The notes beneath the pieces are model-generated. The model searched no databases. It saw only the letters and a list, made by a program, of their open reading frames with translations, and had not been told where the DNA came from. From contig JAKVOU010000001.1 of NCBI GenBank assembly GCA_022482625.1, positions 1,038,784-1,102,783 on the forward strand: a stretch of DNA of 64,000 bases. The letters are read 5' to 3'. Positions 37,136-45,624 of this stretch are shown here, piece after piece. Source of the stretch: Spirochaetia bacterium (GTDB lineage: Bacteria; Spirochaetota; Spirochaetia; Sphaerochaetales; Sphaerochaetaceae). Both the position numbers and the translations under genes were made by a program. The stretch's first letter is position 1. Every line of letters starts with the position of its first letter.

Positions 37136-38521
37136 TTACTGCAATGAACCGGCAGTCTTCATGCCATCCATGGCAGCCTGTACGGCATTGCTGGCATCAG
37201 GTGCTGTGAAAGGTGCCTGTTTTGAAGTCTGTAGGATATAATCACACAAGCCATCTTCGCCGAGTGCTGTAAGGATATCAGACATTGCACCATTGGCCAT
37301 GGCAGGAATGGAATGTGGAATCAGCTTCGCCTGGTCCTGAAGTACGGGTTTATCGGCAATATAGGCCGCCAACGTGGCATTTGTCGTCGTATCACCACGC
37401 ATCGGAAGCATACCTGTCGTCTTCAGCCAATCAAGATCCGTCTGTGCACTACGGTCTTTCGCATATACCCAGGACACAAAGGCAATTGCACCTTTGTGCA
37501 TTTCTTCAGTGACATTTCCGCCTTTATAGAAAACCAGTCCTTTTGCATCAGCAAACGTATAAGGAATATCGCCTTTTTTCAAGACAATCGGTGCACCATA
37601 GACGTAGTCACCATCAAGTCCATACTTCAAGCCAGCGGCTTCATATTTTGACACATCCCAAGGTGCACTGATCTGGAAGACATAAGGTACCTTTTTTTTC
37701 TCAAATGCCGTCGTATCCTCAGACATCTGTATGGTATCACCGAACATGCCAAGGAATTCAAATACTTGTTTGGCTACCGCAGGATCCATGACAAGCTTGT
37801 TGTCCTCAACCAAACTCTTTCCTCCGGAAAATGCATCATATTCCATTTCGAAATCATACCAGCGGTTCCACCAAAGCTCTGGCCTTCCAAGTTCAGACCT
37901 AAGGAATACATGGGAAATACCCATCTCTTTCATCTTTGTATCTTTGAGCTTCTCAAAGTTGGTCAGCAAAGTCTTTATGTCAGCAGTAGTTTCAGGCACA
38001 CGATCAGCAAAACCCAATGCCCGGAGTGCATTTGCATTCCAGTGATAACTCATGGCATTTGCGTAAATCGGAATGACATACTGCTTACCGTCAATCTTCC
38101 AGCTAGGGATAATGCTTTCCATCTTCCGGTTGGCAATGATATCCTCGAAGAACTGTTCGTCCTGGATATCGTATACACGACCAGAAGTTGCTAAAGTCGC
38201 AGCAAATCCCCTGTTGATGTTCGTCGACAATGCAGGAGCCGTATTGGTGGCCAGCGCATTCTGTATACCGGCTTCTGAAGAAGGAGTCTCAGGCATCATC
38301 TGTGCACTGATCTGAACTGTCTTCCCATCTACCTTCACACCAGCAGCATTGAACTGCTGAATTATTGCATCCCAGAAATTATACTGTCCCTGGTTAGGCG
38401 CAGTCCAGAAACTTACGGTCAAAGTATCAGAGGTCGGATTCTTTTCTTCCGAGCTACCATTTGCAAACGCAAAGGAACCCAGCAAAATCAAAACCAATAT
38501 CGATACACCTATCTTCTTCAT
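37136..38521 (-). CDS. Extracellular solute-binding protein of a sugar ABC transporter
   Basis: It has a signal peptide (MKKIGVSILVLILLGSFAFA), is 461 aa, and is first in the operon with two permeases. No ATPase gene is present in the locus. Confidence 0.8.
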   Translation of the reverse strand: MKKIGVSILVLILLGSFAFANGSSEEKNPTSDTLTVSFWTAPNQGQYNFWDAIIQQFNAAGVKVDGKTVQISAQMMPETPSSEAGIQNALATNTAPALSTNINRGFAATLATSGRVYDIQDEQFFEDIIANRKMESIIPSWKIDGKQYVIPIYANAMSYHWNANALRALGFADRVPETTADIKTLLTNFEKLKDTKMKEMGISHVFLRSELGRPELWWNRWYDFEMEYDAFSGGKSLVEDNKLVMDPAVAKQVFEFLGMFGDTIQMSEDTTAFEKKKVPYVFQISAPWDVSKYEAAGLKYGLDGDYVYGAPIVLKKGDIPYTFADAKGLVFYKGGNVTEEMHKGAIAFVSWVYAKDRSAQTDLDWLKTTGMLPMRGDTTTNATLAAYIADKPVLQDQAKLIPHSIPAMANGAMSDILTALGEDGLCDYILQTSKQAPFTAPDASNAVQAAMDGMKTAGSLQ

Positions 38522-38704
38522 AGATTACCTCCTTTAATAAATAAAAAAGTACTTTACATAGATGGTATATATCAGATTTGTTAAGTTGTCAAACAATATT
38601 TTAACGTTATTAAATACGTTACAAATAATACAATCTTATTTTTTCCTAAGTTACCTCATAAAATTAAAAAGATTTCAGTTAAGAATAGAATAAAATTTCA
38701 AAAA

Positions 38705-38730
38705 GTAACGTTACAGAATTACGTTACTGT
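38705..38730. promoter_or_regulatory. LacI-type operator candidates (CG-centred palindromes)
   Basis: The perfect palindrome GTAACGTTAC at 38705..38714 is nested in inverted arms AGTAACGT/ACGTTACT. A related TAACGTTA at 38601..38608 lies nearer the binding-protein gene. Confidence 0.45.
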
Positions 38731-38756
38731 GCTATAGTGGTGGCAAAGGAGCCGGT

Positions 38757-39749
38757 ATGGGTAAAAAGACTACACTTCAGCAAATTGCACAAAAGGTCGG
38801 GACCAGCAAGATTACGGTTTCCCGTGCTTTGAAAGGCCAGGAAGGTGTAGGAGATACACTCCGAAAGCAAATCCGACAGGTTGCATCTGATCTTGGGTAT
38901 GAACAAAAAAGACTACACACAGGGGGACACCAGATTCGTGTTGCTTTTCTTACACCGAAACGTTTCTATTTGTTTACGGACTCTTTTTATCATGTCATCT
39001 ACTACCATTTGAATACCATCTGCAATGAAAGGGAAATGAAACTAGATCTTTTCATTATGGAAAAAGAAGATGAGGAAAAAGGTTCCCTGCCTGATGGGCT
39101 GGACCACTATGACGGAATCATTGTCGGTGGAGAGATTTCTCGTACAATCATGAATGCCATAAATGGAATTTCAATTCCGCATGTCGTAGTTGACTATGAT
39201 CCTATGGACGACCATTCAGACTGCGTCAGCATCGACAACTTCCGTATCGGGACCATACTTGCTGAATATCTGGTCCGACGTGGTTACAGAAAAATCGGAT
39301 TCGTAGGCTCTTATCTTCAGTCATCAAACATAGCAGACAGGATCCTCGGTTATAGAAAAGTACAGTACTACCATCACCTGCCCAATGATGAATCATGGCT
39401 CATCGACAACTACGACAAAGACACTGACAACTATCTGATAGACATCCCGCTGCCAAAGGAATTGCCAGAGGTCTTCATCTGCCATTGTGACAGGGCAGCA
39501 TATTATTTCATGGAACGGTTGAAGAGTTTGGGAATTTCTATTCCTGGTCAGGTTGCCATCGTCAGCATCGACAATACGGAACTGGCTGCGTCGACAAAGC
39601 CTCCGCTCACCAGCATGAATATTGACAAGCGACTGTTTGCCTCGGAAGCATTACGACTTTTGGAAGAGCGAATTGAAGGTAGAAATGAACTGAAAAGAAT
39701 ATATCTGGATACACAGCTCATCGAAAGGGACTCTGCTCCCCGACGATAA
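38757..39749 (+). CDS. LacI-family transcriptional regulator
   Basis: N-terminal TLQQIAQKVGTSKITVSRALKG HTH plus a periplasmic-binding-fold C-terminal domain. It is divergent from the sugar ABC operon. Confidence 0.85.
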   Translation: MGKKTTLQQIAQKVGTSKITVSRALKGQEGVGDTLRKQIRQVASDLGYEQKRLHTGGHQIRVAFLTPKRFYLFTDSFYHVIYYHLNTICNEREMKLDLFIMEKEDEEKGSLPDGLDHYDGIIVGGEISRTIMNAINGISIPHVVVDYDPMDDHSDCVSIDNFRIGTILAEYLVRRGYRKIGFVGSYLQSSNIADRILGYRKVQYYHHLPNDESWLIDNYDKDTDNYLIDIPLPKELPEVFICHCDRAAYYFMERLKSLGISIPGQVAIVSIDNTELAASTKPPLTSMNIDKRLFASEALRLLEERIEGRNELKRIYLDTQLIERDSAPRR

Positions 39750-40024
39750 GTTCTTCCGATAAAAGACTACAAGAAGTATCTCTACTTACAGTTCCGACAA
39801 AGACAGTTGAAATTGATACAGAATAACCAACAGTGTCCAAATGCATAAAATAAAGACCGACCGATTTGAACCGATAATTTTATGTTGTCTCGAACATTTC
39901 ATTGACTGAGATAAATTATCTACACAATTTTGCAATAAAATTGCAAATACATGAATAAATATTTAAAATTATCACTTGAAATAATACTTATATGCGTTAT
40001 ACTCGCATATAGGAGGAAACAATT

Positions 40025-41335
40025 ATGTTACTTTCTTTTTCCGTAGAAAATTTCAAATCATTTGTATCCCAAATGACATTTTCAATGCACCCAGCCTCGA
40101 AACAAGTTGATCTTTCCTACAGCATCTTAAAAGAAACCATAAAGAACAAGGAAATCAAAGCAATCTGTACTTCTGTCATCTATGGGCCTAATGCAGCAGG
40201 AAAATCAAATGTCATCGGAGCTATGGATGTATTGAAGAAAATTGTCCTCCGAGGAAATATAAGGAACATCGAAGAAGGCAATAATCCTGATCCAGCTTCT
40301 GCACATCTTGAACTGATTCCTAATTGTTGTCTCAAAAAACAAAAACCGGTCCGGTTTTCAATTTCCTTTACCCAGGACAACCATATATTTGATTATAGTC
40401 TGACGATTGATTTCGGAGATTTTGGCAATCAGGATTATGACAGAAACATCAAGGAAGAGACGCTTTCCATTGATCAGCACCATTGTTTTACACGAAGCAA
40501 AAATACTGTTACTGTCCAATCATTTTCACTACATAAGGGGAAAGGCATTGCAAAGGAAATGCCTTTGCTGGAAACACTTGCGACAAAGGGTCTCGTAGCA
40601 CAGGAACTTTTTCTGACCAATGGATTCAAGTCTATCTTTGAACCCCAACTTGTAGCCTCAATGGTCACTTGGTTCTCTGACAAACTTTTGGTCGTATACC
40701 GTTCCAACAGTATCAAGACAAGCCCGAACATAAAAGATGCAAAAGGAAATACCTGCTATATATTAAAACAGACAAATGATGTTGCTAAAAAGTTTGGTGC
40801 CGGTTTTGGAGATATCGGCTATTTTACAAAGGATGGAGAGCAACAACCGAAATTGGTTTCACTCTTTCCAAAAAGGAAGCTACTGATCAATGCAGAGCAG
40901 TTTGAATCCTATGGAACGGTCAGGTTCATGAACCTTTTCCCCATTTTATGGAAAACCATTCAAGATGGGATTACCCTCTTGATTGATGAATTTGATGCCT
41001 CATTGCATCCTATGGCTGTAATGAGTCTCATCAATGTTTTTCATAATGATGAAATCAATACCCACGGAGCACAGCTCATCTTCAATACCCAGAATCCAAT
41101 TTTTCTGAATAGCAACTTGTTCAGAAGGGATGAAATCAAATTCGTCGAACGCAATCATACTTCAAAAGAAAGTATGCTCTATGCCCTTTCTGATTTCAAG
41201 ACCAATGGCAAAAACGGAGTAAGGAAAGGAGAAGATTATCTTAGGAATTATTTCATCAGCAAGTATGGCGCACTAGAAGACATAGACCTTTCACCACTAT
41301 TCGCAAACCAGGAAAACGATAATGGAGACAACTAG
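40025..41335 (+). CDS. AAA_15/AAA_21-type ATPase (AbiLi/RloA-like)
   Basis: The opening LSFSVENFKSF, Walker A GPNAAGKSN and distal LLIDEFDASLHP (Walker B/D-loop) indicate an SMC/ABC-like ATPase. AGGAGG lies upstream, and the gene overlaps the next ORF by 14 nt. Confidence 0.8.
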   Translation: MLLSFSVENFKSFVSQMTFSMHPASKQVDLSYSILKETIKNKEIKAICTSVIYGPNAAGKSNVIGAMDVLKKIVLRGNIRNIEEGNNPDPASAHLELIPNCCLKKQKPVRFSISFTQDNHIFDYSLTIDFGDFGNQDYDRNIKEETLSIDQHHCFTRSKNTVTVQSFSLHKGKGIAKEMPLLETLATKGLVAQELFLTNGFKSIFEPQLVASMVTWFSDKLLVVYRSNSIKTSPNIKDAKGNTCYILKQTNDVAKKFGAGFGDIGYFTKDGEQQPKLVSLFPKRKLLINAEQFESYGTVRFMNLFPILWKTIQDGITLLIDEFDASLHPMAVMSLINVFHNDEINTHGAQLIFNTQNPIFLNSNLFRRDEIKFVERNHTSKESMLYALSDFKTNGKNGVRKGEDYLRNYFISKYGALEDIDLSPLFANQENDNGDN

Positions 41336-41976
41336 AAAATATTACTTTACAGTTGAAGGAGAAACAGAGAAACGATACCTGACGTGGCTGCAAAAAACAA
41401 TCAATGCCACAAATGAAGCATCTGCAAATGTTTCATTTTCTATCGGAGTAAAAACAAAACCTACAAGCTTTGTCAAAAAACTATCACTTGCAGGCGGGAA
41501 ACCTACATCTATTGCTCATATCGCTGATATCGGAGGACCAAGCAGTACAGACATACAAAAAATAGACAAGCTGCTTATAGATCTTAAAAAATCTCAAAAA
41601 ACAAAAAAAGTTTCCTATATCTTCGGCTATTCCAATTATTGTTTTGAATTATGGATTATCCTCCACAAAATGAATTGCAATAACCATATGCCAAACAAAA
41701 ATTCATACCTTGCCTTAATCAACAAAGGTTATGGTATGCAGTTCAGATCATTGTCTGACTACAAAGAAGAAAAAAAAATTCCAAAAGATACTTGCCACAC
41801 TTACATTGGATGATGTCAGGTCAGCCATAACAAGGGCAAAAACAATCCAATCAATCAACAGCCAAAATCAGGGTAAGATCCATACCTGTGAAGGTTATAG
41901 TTTCTATATCGACAATCCTTCATTGAAGGTCCAGACTGTTGTTGAGACTATCTTCAAAGACTGTGATATCCTCTGA
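41322..41976 (+). pseudogene. RloB-like (TOPRIM-related, AbiLii-like) protein gene interrupted by a +1 frameshift at an A9 tract
   Basis: N-terminal YYFTVEGETEKRYL matches the RloB E-G-E-x-T-E signature. The frame stops at 41813. Deleting one A from 41770..41778 joins it to ORF 41731..41976, giving about 218 aa. Confidence 0.65.
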
Positions 41977-42299
41977 TTCAGATTATAGTCATCAACGAAC
42001 AAGAACAGTAAAGAGAAATTGCATTGAAGTATTACCATTTCACCTGAGGCATATTACATCCTTTCACGAAACTATCCTGACACTACATTACCTTTCGAGT
42101 TCTTTACCATAGGCAATAATACATCCACAGCATAATTGAAATATCTGGAGCTACTACACAGAAGGTATCGGTTATTTCTTATAAATATAGCATTCCATTG
42201 CAATCAGAAATAAATGTGCGGAGAATAAGAGCTCTATTCTCCGCAAAAGATGCGGACTATATCTGGTTATACTCCGCATTTTCTGATAGTATCTTGAGT

Positions 42300-43442
42300 A
42301 TGGAAGCATATATCTGGCAGAATAAAAGCTGGCCAAATTTTACATGGAATACCGATGAAATACATACGGTATCTGAAGCTACTGAACGCAAACAGGCAGA
42401 ACTTGAAGGAGCAATGGCAGCACTCGGTTTTTCTGTACGCCAGGAAAGCAATATTTCTGCAATAAGTAGCGAGATAGAAAAATCAGCTCAGATTGAAGGC
42501 GAGCACATCCCGCAGGAAGATATACGTTCGTCCGTTGCCCGTCATCTTGGAGCAGAAAATATTCTGACAGCGGAAGCAGTACACCGTCTTAATATAGGTA
42601 AGATTCCAGAAAGAACCGACTATATAGTCAAAATAGTACTTGATGCCATAAAAAACTCTACGGCGCCGTTGACGAAAGAACGGCTCTGCTTATGGCAATC
42701 ACGCCTTTTCCCTTCCGGGATATCAGGCGGTTATAAAATTACGACAGGCAGATACCGTCTTGATGAATACGGACCGATGCGTATCATCTCCGGAAATATG
42801 GGAAAAGAAACCGTTCATTATATAGCTCCCCCTGCAGTTACACTGAACAAAGAGATGCATCGTTTTCTCAATTGGTTCAATAAACCTGCATCAGTAGCCG
42901 GTGGATATGCTGTAAAAAGCGCTGTCGCCCATCTATATTTTGTAAGTATCCATCCGTTTGACGACGGTAACGGACGTCTTGCCCGAATTCTCGCTGATAT
43001 GATTCTTTCACAACGGGGAGACGATTGTCTTTTCAGCATGTCGGCACAACTTCAGAAAAACCGAGCCGCTTACTATGCTGAACTTGAAAAAACACAGCAT
43101 GGTGACCTTGATATAACCGACTGGATTACATGGTACCTTACTTGCATGACCGCTGCTGCCGATGAAGCAATGAAAGAAATACAGAAAACGGGAGATCGGA
43201 TAGTATTCTGGAAAGCCGTAAATGAAAAAATATCGCTCAATGAACGTCAGCGCACGATGCTCGACAAACTGCTTGCAAACTGGCAAGGAAAACTGACAAC
43301 TTCAAAATGGGCATCAATCTGCGGCTGCTCCCAGGATACTGCATCTCGGGACATCAACAAACTCATTGAAGCCGGCATCATGAGAAAGGAAGCTGCCGGG
43401 GGGCGAAGCACATCATATGCGATCATAGAAAAAGAAAAATAA
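42300..43442 (+). CDS. Fic-family protein (DUF4172-type N-terminus, C-terminal winged-helix)
   Basis: Fic motif HPFDDGNGRLARIL. The N-terminal WQNKSWPNFTW is typical of the DUF4172 lead-in. The start is taken at ATG 42300; the listed 42198 start lies inside two hairpins. Confidence 0.8.
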   Translation: MEAYIWQNKSWPNFTWNTDEIHTVSEATERKQAELEGAMAALGFSVRQESNISAISSEIEKSAQIEGEHIPQEDIRSSVARHLGAENILTAEAVHRLNIGKIPERTDYIVKIVLDAIKNSTAPLTKERLCLWQSRLFPSGISGGYKITTGRYRLDEYGPMRIISGNMGKETVHYIAPPAVTLNKEMHRFLNWFNKPASVAGGYAVKSAVAHLYFVSIHPFDDGNGRLARILADMILSQRGDDCLFSMSAQLQKNRAAYYAELEKTQHGDLDITDWITWYLTCMTAAADEAMKEIQKTGDRIVFWKAVNEKISLNERQRTMLDKLLANWQGKLTTSKWASICGCSQDTASRDINKLIEAGIMRKEAAGGRSTSYAIIEKEK

Positions 43443-43663
43443 GAATTTTGTCTTACCCTGATTCAGCCCGGTGTTTGCTTTCTGCAGGACAGGTTAAAAT
43501 CAAAACTTACCAGCTCCATTAAAAAACTATCTTTTCTTTTCAGGCAGGAAAACTACCCAAGGCACTTATATTGTTGATATCAAAAGAACAATCAAAACAA
43601 ACTTAGGGGAAAATGCAACTATGTATCCAAAATGGTCATAACATGCAAAAAGGTATCCCGATA

Positions 43664-44086
43664 TCAATCATTGCTCTTTGAATTCTTAACCATAAGCAAA
43701 GGTACAGCTACAGCATGCTTGAGATACCTGGAGACACTGCCATAGAGAGCATCGGTAAAGCCCTTGTGACCATGGGTTCCCATAGCAATCAGATCATAAT
43801 CTCCCTTGTTTATCTCCTTTTCCAACTCTGTCTCAGGTTCTCCGCTAAGCAAAAGCTTGTCAGCTTCGATACCTGCTCCATCAAATTTTTCGAGGACTTT
43901 TCCCAAACAATCAACGGCTTGCTTCTTCAGGGCCCGGTCCTGGTCAAGGGTATGGGAGTGAACGACATGGACAAGCGTTACTTTCGTCGGAGACCCATCA
44001 GCAAGTCTGATGACAAGATCAAATATCGCATCATCGGCTGATGAACAATCAACAAGGACAAGAATATGTGAAAATGGCGACATCAC
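43664..44086 (-). CDS. Universal stress protein
   Basis: ILVLVDCS, LVHVV and the C-terminal LIAMGTHGHKGFTDALYGSVSRYLKHAVAVPLLMV (ATP-binding G-x2-G-x9-GS motif). Confidence 0.85.
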   Translation of the reverse strand: MMSPFSHILVLVDCSSADDAIFDLVIRLADGSPTKVTLVHVVHSHTLDQDRALKKQAVDCLGKVLEKFDGAGIEADKLLLSGEPETELEKEINKGDYDLIAMGTHGHKGFTDALYGSVSRYLKHAVAVPLLMVKNSKSND

Positions 44087-44093
44087 GCACCTC

Positions 44094-45311
44094 CTATACA
44101 GACTTAAGCAAAAATAGATTCAAAGCAATGATAAGAGCTGATATGGCAATCAATGCCAGGAATTCACCGTTTCTACTGCGAAAAACACCCATAAGCTTCT
44201 TGCTACGGCAAAGTATCAGAAGTGGAATAAGTGTAAACGGCAATTGTATGCTCAACACTACCTGACTGAAAATCAATATCTTATAGGTATCGACACCAAG
44301 CAGGATAATAAGAAAAGATGGAATTGCAGTTATGAAGGTAGCCAGACGATAGAGCAACGTCCGGGGATCTTCTGGTTTTCCAAGGAAACCGGTAATGACA
44401 TTGACCTCAGCCATGGATGAGGTCACGGAAGAACCGACACCAGAAAATACCAATGCTATGGCAAAAAGGAAACCAGCAACAGGCCCAGCCAAAGGTACCA
44501 AGGTCTTTGATGCATCTGCAATGCTGGTTACTACTTTTCCGTTTGCATGGAAGACCCTTGCTGCGACAATAATCATAGCACCATTGACCAAAAGACCAAG
44601 CAGCAAAGAAGTTACCGTATCAATCCTTTCATATCTAAGCAACGATTTCTTCTGCTTGTCATCTATGCCCCATTGCCTTGAATGGATGACATTGGAATGA
44701 AGAAATATATTGTGAGGCATGACGACAGCTCCGATCATACCCATAGCTATGTAGATACTGGAACTGCTGAGACGCGGATTGAAGAATGACGGCAAGGCTT
44801 CATGCCAGTCAGGATGGACAATGACAAGTTCGGCTACATAGCATAAAGCTATGATACCAAGAAATGCAATGATGGTCCGTTCCAGTTTATGATAACGCTG
44901 TCCGACAATAAGGAATACTTCAAGAAAAACTGTAATCAATGCCCCAAGCCATAAGGGAAAATGAAACAACAGTTGGAAACCTATGGCTCCACCCAACAAT
45001 TCGGCTACGTCAGTAGCAACACAGGCAGCCACGACAGTAACACCAATGATTGCCACAATCGGCCCAGGAAACCTTTCCCTGATGTTCACCGCCAGAGACT
45101 TACCTGTTGCAATTCCCATTTTTGCAGCAGCCTGCTGGATAACCATGAGCATGACTGTGCTCAACGTAATTACCCAGAGCAATGCGTAACCGAACCTTGA
45201 TCCCCCTTCAATATTGGTTGCCCAGTTACCGGGATCAATGAAGCCTACGGTAACCAGGAATCCGGGACCAAGGAATGACAACAACCTTTTAAGCCTTTCC
45301 TTGTATTTCAT
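44094..45311 (-). CDS. mntH: Nramp-family divalent metal (Mn2+/Fe2+) transporter
   Basis: LGPGFLVTVGFIDPGNWATNIEGG and MPHNIFLHS motifs. The start is uncertain: ATG 45311 gives MKYKERLKRL, while the listed TTG 45389 adds 26 atypical residues. Confidence 0.85.
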   Translation of the reverse strand: MKYKERLKRLLSFLGPGFLVTVGFIDPGNWATNIEGGSRFGYALLWVITLSTVMLMVIQQAAAKMGIATGKSLAVNIRERFPGPIVAIIGVTVVAACVATDVAELLGGAIGFQLLFHFPLWLGALITVFLEVFLIVGQRYHKLERTIIAFLGIIALCYVAELVIVHPDWHEALPSFFNPRLSSSSIYIAMGMIGAVVMPHNIFLHSNVIHSRQWGIDDKQKKSLLRYERIDTVTSLLLGLLVNGAMIIVAARVFHANGKVVTSIADASKTLVPLAGPVAGFLFAIALVFSGVGSSVTSSMAEVNVITGFLGKPEDPRTLLYRLATFITAIPSFLIILLGVDTYKILIFSQVVLSIQLPFTLIPLLILCRSKKLMGVFRSRNGEFLALIAISALIIALNLFLLKSV

Positions 45312-45590
45312 GCCATCAGTATAATCATAGTCATTTTTCTGTTCAACAAACTGTTGATAATAATGGAAACAATTCAAATCCGATAACAAAGGAATATCTC
45401 ATCTTTTTGTCCAAATAGCCAAAACAAATATCTGAACTGTATCTTCCCATACTCAAGCACATGTCCAAAATAGAGAAAAATTACCTTTTGCTGTTGCATT
45501 ATCAGGATTGTGAACTCTTGGATATAAAGCTTTATAGCTCTCAATCGGTTACCCTTGCCAATCTACAGAAAATGGGACTCCTGCACTTAA

Positions 45591-45621
45591 AAGGGAGGCG
45601 GCATTCCTGCCGCCTTCCCTT
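45591..45621 (-). terminator. Intrinsic terminator after the beta-CASP gene
   Basis: AAGGGAGGCGGCA-ttcc-TGCCGCCTTCCCTT (13-14-bp stem), directly after the stop at 45625 on the minus strand and followed by TTTAAG. Confidence 0.7.
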
Positions 45622-45624
45622 GCA

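Noticed and set aside
45312-45590. Possible Mn-sensing riboswitch (yybP-ykoY type) or MntR box upstream of mntH
   Set aside because: I read the minus-strand leader and found no extended four-helix pairing or the conserved G-rich/A-rich core that I associate with yybP-ykoY. I cannot exclude a protein operator without a motif scan.
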